42,243 nt of DNA, taken from IMG/VR virus record IMGVR_UViG_3300029976_000110; one strand, given 5' to 3'. How positions within the stretch are numbered: the stretch's first letter is position 1; each line of letters begins with the position of its first letter. The stretch comes from a virus. Taxonomy: Duplodnaviria; Heunggongvirae; Uroviricota; Caudoviricetes. The notes beneath the pieces are model-generated. The model was not told where the DNA came from. It worked only from the letters and a program-made list of their open reading frames with translations, and ran no database searches. Positions 26,001 to 36,508 of this stretch are shown here, piece after piece. Position numbers and translations under genes: made by a program.

Positions 26001-27943
26001 ACTTACATGAAAGTGTAAGATTAACACAATTGAATGCTAAAGAGCTTATTCTTGCAAAAGTAAATGCAGGAACTAAACTCGCTAAAATGTATCTATTCAT
26101 GATTACACTGGGCTTTAATATAAAAGACATTGTTTCTTTTATGACTAGCCCAATTGCAACTTTTATAGATACTATTACTGATACAAATATATTTAATAAT
26201 GAAGAAATTAGATTAGATTAGGCTTATAAATTAGCCTCTGGTGATTTTTCCTCATTAACGAACAATAATTTAATAGATATAATACAAGGAGTTTATCCAG
26301 ACATAGATGTTAATTCAATTAAACACGGAATTATTCCAGATGAAGTAGATGTGAATCAGTTTGATGAAGTAACTGCTGACTAGATTAATTTAATTCAAGA
26401 AATTAAAGCATTAATGAATTTTGATCCTAATTTATCGGAAGTAAAACAGGATATTGAAGAATTTAGGCACATTATGAATGGGGCTAATGAATTTAGTAAT
26501 TATGCTCGAGTACTAGGTATTAATTAGGGAATTAAAACATCTAAAGCAGATTTATAGCAACATATTCAAACTTTACAAAGATTAGTTACTGATGCAGCCA
26601 AAGCAAAAGGATTTAAAGAGTCTGATATTCCTAAAGAATTTAGAAGATTTGATTTAATTTCTTTTGTAAAAAATACAGAATATGAACCTGGAAAATTTTA
26701 TAAAGATGAATTAATAAAATATTATAATACAATTAAACAATGTATTAATATTTTTGATCACATTGACAAAATTGATTAGTTTAGAGCTTTATTTTAGATT
26801 GAAGCCGCAGTATTATAGTTTGATAAAAATATATCTGTTAAAACAAAAATATATGATACTATCTACAATATCTTAAAAGATAGTAAAAATGATTATATTC
26901 AAACTAATTACTTAGATAGATTAGTTAAATCTATTGACAATGATTTAATTATAGGATATTTTCAAAGTCGAAATATTCAAATTCCTGTACAATAGGGTGT
27001 TACTTTATTTAAAAGAGATGGAACACCAATTATAACTAATAGTGATGAATTATTACAATTAGATTCCATTGAATCAATTGCTTCATTCAAAAATCTAATG
27101 GATTCAGTAATTATTCCTAAATTAAAACAAGGAATATATTATAGATGGAATGAAAATTCTGTAGAAGAAGTATCTGATAATAAATTAACTTCTAATAATT
27201 TTGTACAAGGATTAATAAAAGATAGAGATGGAGATATTCCATTATATAAATGTGATTTAAATATGTTGGCAATAGAAGATTCAGCTTTTAATTAGCTAAC
27301 CTATTCTAATTATATTAGAGGTTTACAAAGCCTATAGAATATAAAAGTAACTGATAAATTATCTTTAGCTGATATGTTTATTTTATATAATTTGGTTGTT
27401 AATAAAAATCAATATGGATCTAATCGAATGACAACAATTTTAGATGGTCTTTTAAAAGAAGATAATATTTTGTCAATTATTAAAGATTATATAAATTTTG
27501 TTGGAGATTTAGATTACTTTGGAGAAGCAGCTAATGAGCCAGGATCTACTATTATAACTATTACGGCAAATATTCCTGGAGAAAACCCTGTTAATTTCTC
27601 ATTTGATTATCGAGATAATTTAATGTTTGCTGCTTCAACAGTAAATACTCTTAAAAATCAAAAAGATCCTAGTATTATTTTATTAAATCCCGATGGAAGT
27701 AAAACTTTTTATATTAAAAAAGGAGCATATACTTCATTTGATGTATATTCAAATACAGGAGACACTGAAGAACAAATAAATAAAGCTAACAATATTAAAA
27801 GACATTTTACTTTAGGTAATTATATAAAATCTAAACAAGATTCTACTCTAGAAAGTTTTAATAATTTAGATGAAAATACTCTTAAAATAATTTCACAATT
27901 AATAAAAGAGTAGATACTAAATATTTCATATCATTGTAAATAA
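17043..27943 (+). CDS. giant two-barrel (double-psi beta-barrel) virion RNA polymerase, ~3288 aa; join(17043..24125,24556..25428,26033..27943), TAG=Gln
   Basis: Splicing restores WQTWLQGSDY^DIDKAY (catalytic DxDxD, compare DFDID of the phi14:2 gp66-type RNAP) and LSAATD^NAKELILAKVN. Other conserved-looking blocks: QFKRNVIIPGT, DAHDGSAWINP, KRQFPGSGTVMVP, VARIPAQTLQSF. Exon frames agree with the track ORFs. Confidence 0.88.
24126..24555 (+). mobile_element. group I self-splicing intron 1 (430 nt, no ORF) in the RNA polymerase catalytic motif
   Basis: Exon ends in U and intron ends in G. P1 is cgactat (24119-25) with gtagtcg (24173-79), giving a U-G pair at the splice site. Core elements: P aattgtcgggaa (24192), Q aatccgcagc (24298), R gttcacagacta (24382), S aagatatagtc (24514). 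Confidence 0.92.
25451..25481 (+). promoter_or_regulatory. intron-internal Bacteroidota sigma-A-type promoter for the endonuclease ORF
   Basis: TTTG (25451-54), 19-nt spacer, TATATTTG (25474-81), 24 nt upstream of ATG 25506. Confidence 0.65.
25506..25753 (+). pseudogene. internally deleted LAGLIDADG-type homing endonuclease remnant
   Basis: N-terminal 22 codons MNKISEETIGKIKDLYDQGFSN-TAA, then in another frame QLKWLKEKWNIDCSKHKNSSNFTIYLKEATRLTFEQLIFPYMLPSMYYKLKYIDTLQA[Q]SV-TAA. LIxPYxxPSMxYKL resembles the C-terminus of LAGLIDADG_2-family enzymes. The LAGLIDADG helices themselves are missing. Confidence 0.7.
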
Positions 27944-30258
27944 TGAGATGTTATTATGATTTTTTAATAGGAGATAATCAACAAGTTTCCATCCCCATTG
28001 ATAGTGAGGATGGAAACTTGATTTTAAACGATGAATTATTAACATCATTAGAAAATAATCCAGAGTTACGTCAACAAATCTCCGATTTATTGTATGAAGA
28101 ATTAAATAAATCTAAATCTGCAAAATCTATTACATTTAATGATTTAGTTAAAAAAGGAGCATTAATAGCTAATACTAATCTTGAATTTTTAAAAAGTGAA
28201 TATCCAAATGTTTTTCCAGAAAATGCAAAAGCAGAAGTACTTCTTGTTGAAAAACTAAAAGAATTTGGAACTCCTATTTCTGGTAGGATATTAAATTCAA
28301 AAGGAAAAGAAATATTTGTTATTGATGGTTCTGATAGAGATATATATAAATTAGCTAACTATTTAAAACTAAGAGAACAATACGAGATTGGAGCTGCTAA
28401 TTTTGAAGATAAAACAGGAATTATTAAGAAAATATTGAAAGATACTAAGTTTAAAGACTTATCCTCTTTATTAATAGATTTTAATAATAACGATAGTAAG
28501 TATTTAAATAAGTTTATTAAGAATTAGAGTTATTATAAAATCTTATATGATATATCAAGACAAGTATTAAATAAACCATCTTTAAGAAGCTTTAATAATC
28601 CTATATTAGATAATATCTATATTTATTTACAAAAACATGATGCTTGGAAGTTTAAAGATAATTCTTTTATAACTGATGGATCTAAGTTAAATATTGATTT
28701 TTTATATAATATATTAAAACAGTATAGCTCTGATTATAAGGATATAGATCTTAAAACTTTTAAAGCACAACTAAAGAATAAAGATTTCGTTACTTCCTTA
28801 TTTAATATGTTTCATGAATTAAATTCCGCATTTAATTATGAATTTATTAAAATTAAAGATGATGATATTTATGCTAAATCAGCTCCTTAGACAGTCTTTG
28901 AATAGTATGGTTGGACGTATGACACCATACAATCATTTGATTTTTAGGAATCTTATCGTGGATATTAGATTTATGCTAAAAATGATAAAGGAATAACTAA
29001 ATATTATACAACAAAAGAATCTCTTAATCAAAATAGTTTTGCAACTAAATCATTTGAGACTATTGATGAAATAAAAGTTTATATTGACGATAAAGTAAAT
29101 GAAACTAAGTTAGCTAAACATAGTTTACTAGATTTTAAGTTTGGATTAAATGATAATACTATAACAACTAAAGATAAATTAATTGTTGGAAGTATAATTG
29201 GAACATTAGATATTCCTCTTAAAAAAGTTAGAGCATTAACTCTATTTCCAATTAATGAATAGCAATTATTAGAGGATAAAGCTGTAAAGAGTGTAAAAGA
29301 CTTTGCTGACGTAGTTAATTCTTGGAACATTGAAACTTCTTTGAAAAATGAAATAATCTCTGAAATTAATACTCCAGAAAAAATAACAATATTCTTATAT
29401 AAAGCTCAAGAAGAATTTAAGGGCAGAGATCGTAATGATTCAGAAAAAATGCGATTAATCCTTAGATAGATTCAAGAAGCAGGAACTAAATATTACTATA
29501 TTGATGAAGAAATTAGTCAAGGAAAATATAGAATAATTCCAACAGAACCAAACTCTTTAGAAAATTATCATAAAGAAGGTAAGAATTTACCTACTATTAA
29601 ATTTTTAAATGTGTTAGCACAAACTCTTGAAACACAAATTCCTGGAATTAAAGTTAATATTGAAACTTCTAATAACATAAAAGAATTATTCGGAGATATT
29701 GATACTAATACTACAAGAGCTTTTATCCGTGATGGACAAATTTATTTAAATAGTACTTTGTGTAAAGCTACGGATTTATTACATGAATATACTCATTTAA
29801 TCCTTGGAATGTTAAGAGCTGATGAAGCTACACGATCTAATTATGAAAGTCTCTTGCTAAGAACAATGTCTTCTAAGACTGCAGAAGTAACTAACGCATT
29901 AAATAAAGTATTAGAAGCCTACCCAAATATAAGTCAAATGGACGCATACGAGGAAGTGTTTGCTAATTTATTTAGCAGGTATCTTGTTGATAATAATATT
30001 AAAATATTTTAGAATAATGAATCTGAATTAAAGTCATTAACTGAAACAATATTTGGACAAACTATTGACACTCCAGAGGATATGAGAGATTTCTATACAG
30101 GTAGTATTAAATCAATATTTTCGAGATTTAATTAGGATATTGCTACACTGTTACAACAAAAAAATCTTAGTTGGGAGGATAGTAAAACATATCGTTAGTT
30201 ATCTAATTATATTTCAGATTAGATTAGTAAAGGAAAAATCAAAGAAAATTGTATATGA
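27943..30258 (+). CDS. giant-operon protein C, 771 aa, with a zincin-like metalloprotease (HExxH) domain (TAG=Gln)
   Basis: TAATG overlap with the RNAP stop; track ORFs 27943 and 29611 are in frame; RAFIRDGQIYLN...LLHEYTHL (29782-29796)...YEEVFA; ends KENCI-TGA. Confidence 0.82.
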
Positions 30259-33200
30259 TAAAATGTACTTATAAAATAGGGAATAAAACATTTAATAATT
30301 ATACTGAATTACTGAATGCTTTACAAGATCTTCCAGAATTAAGTAATTTTAATGATGTAGTATATAGTAAATAGCTTAAGCAACAAACTTAGATAGATTT
30401 AATAGATAAAATTAAACATGATTATTCTATTAAAGTTAATTCTACTTCTTTAGGTTTTTTAAATGGAGAGCCTGCTACAGAAAGTGGAATGAATATTCTT
30501 CAATACATTGATAGTGGTTAGTTTATTGTTAATGGACATAGACCAGTTACTCCTTATAATGAAGAGGATTATATTAAAGAAAAGACTGAGAAACTAAAAG
30601 AATCTGGGATGTCTGAAGAAGAAGCAATTAATCAAGTACAAGAAGAACTGAAACACAATCAGAAAATTGCAGAAGATGCCAAGTTATTTCATCAAGTAAT
30701 TAATGATCCAAGTATTGCTGATCCCAATTTTACACAAGAAGAGTTTGTAAATAGATATTCTTCGTTATTTTCAGTATTTGGAAATAGTGAATCAATTCTA
30801 TCTAATTTATATAACAGGTTAAAGCAAATATATATTGAATATAAAGGTAATATTCCAAATTCAATTGTTAAAAGAAATGTCAATTTAACTGCAAAAACTA
30901 AAGATGGTGTTGAAATCTTAGGTCATATTGATCAGTTAATTATTGGTGAAGATGGATCTTTACATTTATTCTTATTTAAGACTACTAGCGATTCTAGAAA
31001 GGATTGGGTGGGAGTAAAACGAGAAAAATACGATTTTTAGTTGTCATTTTTAAAATAGATGTTAAAGGCTAATGGTATTGATGTTAGTAATATAACTCTA
31101 TCTATCATTCCAATTTGGATGCAATATAATTCAGATTATTCTGATCTTACTGGTGTACAAGTAAATAATCCAGATGAAAGGAGTTCTTCTAAAAAGAATC
31201 AATATGTGTTTGAAAAGTATGATAAATATACTCGAATAACTATTCCTAATGTCAGTAAAATGACTAAAGTACCTTCTACTACTTTATCTAAAGCTGACGA
31301 AATATTTGATGCAGTATTTCCAGATTTAAATGTAAAAGAAACTGGTATTTCTGAATCTGCAAGAATTTGGATTGATAAAGCACCAAGTGCCGATCCGAAT
31401 GGAACAGCTTAGTTAGTAATTAAGGAAGTTAATACTGATCACCGTTATGACGTAATCATTAATGAAACAACTTATAATATAAAATCTGGAAAATCTAAAA
31501 ACGTAAACTCAGAAATTATTAAATTAGTTTCTGAACATATATCTGAATTAGAAGATAATAAAGGATATTCAATTCAAAAACTTAAAGATGCTATAAAATC
31601 TAGTTATAAAAAAGGATTTTTAGATCTTTCTTCAATTAAAGGATTAAAAGGTTCAGAAGTTAAATTAAGGGGATTATTATACAAGTATTTACACTATACT
31701 AAAGATGATTTAGATAATAAAATCTATGAATGGGTATTAGAAGATTAGTTAGTTGATAGTAATATATTGATTTTTAGAAATAAAAAATCTAATGTATTAG
31801 ATTTTATTGATTTAACTGCATTTAATATAAATGCTAATGCTCATTTAACTAAAGGAGAGGGTATTTTAGGTGCTTATGAATATCAAGATTCTGTTGGTTT
31901 AAAGGCAGATTATGGTAATATTGAGGCTGTAAGAACAATGGTATTGATTAATGAATTAATTCCAAATTTAAAAGATGTTGCATTAGGTACAATGCATATA
32001 TTAAGTTCTACTAGTAGTACTAATTATCGTTCTTATAATATAGGTGATTTTAATCAAAAATATTTTAGAAAAATTATTGATACTGTTAGTCATGAAAATT
32101 CTGATTTAAGTATCAGTAATAATTTTGGATCTATTGAATTGGAAAATCCAATTGATAGTATTCTTTAGAGTTTATTATCAATCTTAGATGGTAAAAACAG
32201 TTCTCAAAAAGAGCGTATAATGGATCTAGGATTTGAAGAACTGACCGAATTAGAACCAGAAGAACATGAAAATATTGTAAATGCTTTATATAATATTATA
32301 TAGAACATATACAATGAATATCCAAATTTACAAGACCCAGAAGAAGTAAAAAATCTGTTATATGATTCTACTACTTCTTAGTCTGATATAGCTAAACTAC
32401 TTGAATTAATAACTCGAATTTATACTTCTTATACAGGAGAAAGTCCTGTTTATTTAACAGAATTTAGTAAAATAGAAAGAAATGCTTTTACAGCTACAAC
32501 AGTATCAGACTCTAATGTAAAAACTATAGTTGATAATTTATAGATTACCCACGATGCTATAGCAAGAGAGTTCTTAGAGAAATATGATCAAATTAATGAT
32601 CCCATAATGACTTATTATCAAGAAATAGGTTATACTTCTGCTAATAATATGCTTTTAGGAAATCAAGCATCTCAATTTAAAAATCTATTTGAAAGAGATC
32701 TTGATACTAACTAGAATACAATGATATTTAAGAATCCTTACGATAGGACTAATAATTTAACTGAATCAGAACGTAAACTTCTAAAAAAAGTATTATATAA
32801 TATTGCTTATATACATAGTAATGGAAATTTACCTTTCTTCTCTGGAGAAGATTCTAAAATCGAAGCATATATTAAATCTAATCCTCAATATTTATGGGTT
32901 CCTTTAATACGAGCTTCTTCAGCAACAGCATTACAAAGTAAAGATGCTTGGAAAGCTAAATTTAAAAATGGTTACAAGCGTTTTAAAAGAGCTATTGATC
33001 GTTATGATGAATTTATAAATGGAGTTACGGAAGAAGAGCGTAAAGAAATTTTATCGCAAAGCGATAACTTTTATATGATGTAGGCTCATAATCCTTTTGA
33101 TTTAAGTATTCCTAATAGTAGAAATACCAATATTATTGAGGAAAAACGCCGAAATATGATTGAGAAGTACGGTCCAGAGTTTTTTGAAACTAATGTAGAA

Positions 33201-34814
33201 AATATTATGAAAGAGTTTTTAGTTCAACAAATTGGTACATACCAATTTAATAAGTTATTGGTTGGAACTAAAGCTTTTATGTTACAATTAGCATTAAGAG
33301 GAGAAGAATCTGGAAATTCTAAAGTAATGTAGGATGAACTTGAATGGCTTCAAAATTATCTAAGAGTAAATGTTTTTAAAGAGTCTATTATGTCTAAGGA
33401 TGAATAGAAGATTATAGGAACATTAGTACCTGTAAGAAAAATAGTTTCTCATATGTTAATTGGTGGTAATATTGTAGGTGCATTTCGTGATGTATTTGAA
33501 GGTGTACAGCAGAACTTTATTCGTTCAGTATTGCAATATCAAACAGATTTAAAACCAAAATATATTACTCAAGCTTTAGCCTATGTTTCATCTCATGGAA
33601 CATCTAATGCAATGTCTGTAAATCTATTAAGTAAATTATGTTTGATGTATCGTCTTTCTAATACTGATGTTGGTAGAATTGCAGAACGTGCAAAAACAGG
33701 TAGAAATGGTTTACTGAACATTGAAAACGGATTATATTTCACACTTCGAGGTCCAGACTTTCTTAATCGAATGACATTATTCGTTGCTCGTTGTATGCAA
33801 GATGGGGTTTGGGATGCTTATAGTCTTGATGATAATGGAAAATTAAAATATGACTGGAAGAAAGATGCTAGATTTACTTAGTATGCATTAGGAAATAATA
33901 ATCACCCAGACTATAATAAACAAAGAGCTTTATATCTTTCCAAAATTAGGGAGTATAATCAAGAACATCCTAATCCAGAAGAGAAAATTCCTTTTGATGG
34001 AGACCTTCCAGCACCTTATTCTGATAGAGAAATATTAAATATTAGAAATTTAGGTGATAATATATATGGTTCTTATGATAAAAGTAAGAAAGCTATGATG
34101 GAAAACTATTCATGGTGTATGATATTTGGTATGTTTACAACTTGGATGAATGGTATAGTTAATAATTACTTTATGAAATCATAGCGTAATGGAGCATTTG
34201 GTTATAAACGAGTTTAGGCTCACGATACTCAAGGAAGGGCACTTTATTTTGATAGTTTAAATAATATAACTACCGAAGTAACTAATACCCCAGTATATGA
34301 AGATGAGCCTATTGTAGTTTAGGGTATTTTCCCAACTTTAAAGACTTTATATAAAATTCTAAGGTCTGAGGATAATATACCAGAAGGATTGAAACGTATT
34401 AAAGAATATTTAAAAGCAGATTAGCATGAACGAGCTAATATGTTAAAGCTCAGTTCAGATGCTTTAATGACATTGTTATACTGGTTATTATTCTCTCAAC
34501 TCTTAGATCCTGCTTATAAAAATTATAAGAAGAAAATGATAGATAATCCTGTTGTTGCTAATGCATTGGTTGAAGTGTTATATAAATCTACTTCTAGATC
34601 TCATGATTAGTTCAAAGGACCTTTAAATATCATAGAATTTCTTGGAACTAATATGAATCCGCCTATTTATTCACAGCCTACACAATTAATGGTAGATATG
34701 GGAAAATCTATTTTAGGTGATAAAGAATGGTCGTATACACTAATAAATACTAATGGTATTACACGCTCATTTAAAGATACTGGTAAAGCATATATAAAAT
34801 CCAAATAGCAATGA
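30255..34814 (+). CDS. giant crAss-like virion protein D, ~1519 aa, with a degenerate PD-(D/E)xK-like domain (TAG=Gln)
   Basis: ATGA overlap with the upstream stop; MIKCTYKIG...; track ORFs 30609, 31059, 31767, 32721 and 33453 share the frame; GHIDQLIIGEDGSLHLFLFKT at ~30921-30983; ends KSK[Q]Q-TGA. Confidence 0.82.
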
Positions 34815-34993
34815 CGTATTCTGAAATAAAAGAAATAGTTAAGAAAGGTAACTTAGCTAAATTACCTTATTTTGTGGGATATTTTCGATGGAATTATAAC
34901 ATAGACGATTTAGAATTTTTTAACAAAGATTTTATATGCCCTGCTAAACAACTAAATGTTTAGAATAGAGAAGACTTTTATTATATAATATGA
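34811..34993 (+). CDS. small hypothetical protein, 60 aa (TAG=Gln)
   Basis: ATGA overlap; MTYSEIKEIVKKGNLAKLPYFVGYFRWNY...NV[Q]NREDFYYII-TGA; immediately followed by a terminator-like hairpin. Confidence 0.65.
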
Positions 34994-34996
34994 ATA

Positions 34997-35051
34997 AAAC
35001 CCTTATTAGTAATTCAGAGAAATCTGTTTTATTAGTAAGGGTTTAATTTTT
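34997..35051 (+). terminator. probable terminator of the + strand operon
   Basis: Imperfect stem aaacccttattagtaa / ttattagtaaggggttt followed by aatttttg. Confidence 0.5.
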
Positions 35052-35101
35052 GTTAATAGTAAAAATTCAATTTATATATTTATAAAAAATGTGTATATTT
35101 A

Positions 35102-35423
35102 CGTTGTCTTAGTGCTTCTTTGCAGATCAGTTCTAGCACATAATAAATATTAGAACCGTGGGTGTAATCCCTTGTCAAGTCTAATTATGCCGTAGTTAAT
35201 CCCGCTCTGTCTCAACCTCGACAACGGGTGCTGGTAAAAATCGCGGCGTGTCCAGTATCACCGAGTGTACACTCGAAATTAGATGCGACGACTCCTTAGT
35301 AGATGTTTTTAACATCCAACGAAAATAGTACCTAAGAAGGGGAAGGAGTTCAAACTGATATATCAGTATGCTTTTTATCGGAAGTAGGATATACCAGTAT
35401 AGGAGGTTCTATATCCTATACTG
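35102..35423. ncRNA. putative structured non-coding RNA of unknown family
   Basis: No credible ORF and GC-richer than its flanks. Helices: cgttgtc (35102-08)/gacaacg (35220-26); ggtg-ctgg/ccag-cacc (35227-61); palindrome cgagtgtacactcg (35262-75); actcctt (35291-97)/aaggagt (35343-49); palindrome actgatatatcagt (35354-67); cagtatagga/tcctatactg (35395-423). Confidence 0.4.
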
Positions 35424-35427
35424 AAAT

Positions 35428-35474
35428 AAAAAAAAAATAACCCGAGCAACGTGTTTTCGTTACTCGGGTTTATT
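35428..35474 (-). terminator. intrinsic terminator of the - strand repL operon (possibly bidirectional)
   Basis: Stem taacccgagcaacg / cgttactcgggtt preceded on the + strand by a 10-A run (U-tract on the - strand), 3 nt past the stop at 35478. Confidence 0.8.
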
Positions 35475-35477
35475 GTT

Positions 35478-36035
35478 TTATAATACATATTGATATTTTT
35501 CTTTAATGTGTTTATTTTCTTCCATTAAAAATTTTACAGATTTCGTTAAATCTTGTACTTTTTCTTTTAGTTGGGTGTGCTCTTGCTTAATTTTAATATT
35601 TTCTTGTTTTAATTCATCTATTATATTTGACTATTTCTCTAGTATTAACGTAGTACGCTCATAGATATTAATCTATGTTTGTAATGCGTGAATTGAATAA
35701 TACATATACTCTGTTATCTTAGATATTTGTTCTTTTAAATCACATTTAGTTCCATATTGTTCTAAATTCTAAATTTTAGCGCAAATTGAACCAATTTCAA
35801 ATAACTTAAAATTATTCCAAACTTCTAATACTTTTGGATTATTATAGAACCATTCTGTCTAATACTTGTAGTCTTTTAATAACTTATGTAAAGTAGTTTC
35901 GTTCTACTTCGTTCCTTCCATTGTGTCTAAAACTTCAAAACTCGGATTAGTAATTTTATAAGCTTTAATACGCTATTTAAGATTATCTGTAAATCCGATT
36001 TTCAAGTAATCTCCAGATTCAATTAGATATAGCAT
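35478..36035 (-). CDS. T5orf172/MUG113-type GIY-YIG-like domain protein with a C-terminal coiled coil, 185 aa (TAG=Gln)
   Basis: MLYLIESGDYLKIGFTDNLK[Q]RIKAYKITNPSFEVLDTMEGTK[Q]NETTLHKLLKDYKY[Q]TEWF...; 6 in-frame TAG; ends with TAA; missed by the ORF track. Confidence 0.78.
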
Positions 36036-36037
36036 AA

Positions 36038-36484
36038 TTATTCTCCTATTTTAAAAGTAATTTGTATATCTTTATCTTGTAATAGCCTTTCTCTTACTGC
36101 AATATCCCCCTTCCAAAAAATTTGTGGGTTAATTATAAACTCTCCCTTTTCTCCAGAGATTAACCCTTCTTTCTTTAGAGTAGCAAGATTATTGGTAATG
36201 GTGTTTACACATATATTCATATCCTTAGCCATATTTTCTCTAGCTTTTGTAGTTAAAGATATCATACCTGTATTAAATTCAGCATGTTCACACATCCATT
36301 GCAATATGTTTTTTGCATTTAATTTAAGATTATGTTGAGGTGCTACAAAATCTATAAATGTCATGTAAAATGCACTAGCTTTAATCTTTCTTCTAATAGT
36401 CTTAGAATAGTCAATAGTGACCAATTCTCCTGTTTCAGGGTCTAAATACTCCCTTTGCGTTGTTTGTATTACGTTTTCTTTCAT
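36038..36484 (-). CDS. RepL-like winged-helix DNA-binding / plasmid-type replication protein, 148 aa
   Basis: YLDPETGE N-terminus, HTH-like segment (ENMAKDMNICVNTITNNLATLKKEGLI) and C-terminal FIINPQIFWKG resemble the RepL family; no in-frame TAG. Confidence 0.65.
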   Translation of the reverse strand: MKENVIQTTQREYLDPETGELVTIDYSKTIRRKIKASAFYMTFIDFVAPQHNLKLNAKNILQWMCEHAEFNTGMISLTTKARENMAKDMNICVNTITNNLATLKKEGLISGEKGEFIINPQIFWKGDIAVRERLLQDKDIQITFKIGE

Positions 36485-36508
36485 AATTGATATATTTAAT
36501 GTTCAACG

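Larger units (their letters stand above)
25429..26032 (+). mobile_element. group I self-splicing intron 2 (604 nt) with a homing-endonuclease remnant in loop L1
   Basis: Exon ends ...GAT (U) and intron ends ...acaattG. P1 is caccgat (25422-28) with gtcggtg (25744-50). Core-like elements: gaactcaggaaa (P), aatcctgatcc (Q), gcaacgactatc (R), atgatatagtct (S). Removal restores AATD^NAKE. Confidence 0.9.

Noticed and set aside
24126-26032. Interpreting the two RNAP interruptions as inteins, frameshifts or group II introns
   Set aside because: Both contain in-frame TAA stops and lack C/S...HN intein ends and GUGYG...AY group II ends; U/G boundaries, P1 helices and P/Q/R/S cores indicate group I.
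47-30883. Minus-strand track ORFs inside the + arm (e.g. 47, 7724, 11194, 11722, 14434, 15076, 15919, 18704, 22910, 23172, 25885, 29079, 30692) and off-frame + ORFs 3978 and 24590
   Set aside because: They are antisense or off-frame shadows of well-supported genes or intron sequence, with Ser/Leu/Ile/Phe-biased composition and no motifs.
1061-33881. Dozens of short + strand track ORFs treated as separate genes or pseudogene fragments
   Set aside because: They share frames, end at TAG and join into long frames with intact motifs; recoding explains them better than decay or sequencing error.
34990-35160. Possible ORF starting at ATG 34990
   Set aside because: It runs through a terminator-like hairpin and the structured region, with no coding-like composition.
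35100-35423. Suppressor tRNA, tmRNA, hammerhead or a third group I intron in the intergenic structured region
   Set aside because: No cloverleaf or TTC-containing T-loop, no tmRNA ends, no CTGATGA core; the gcgacgact and gaaaatagtac strings only loosely resemble R/S, do not form a proper P7 and have no flanking exons.
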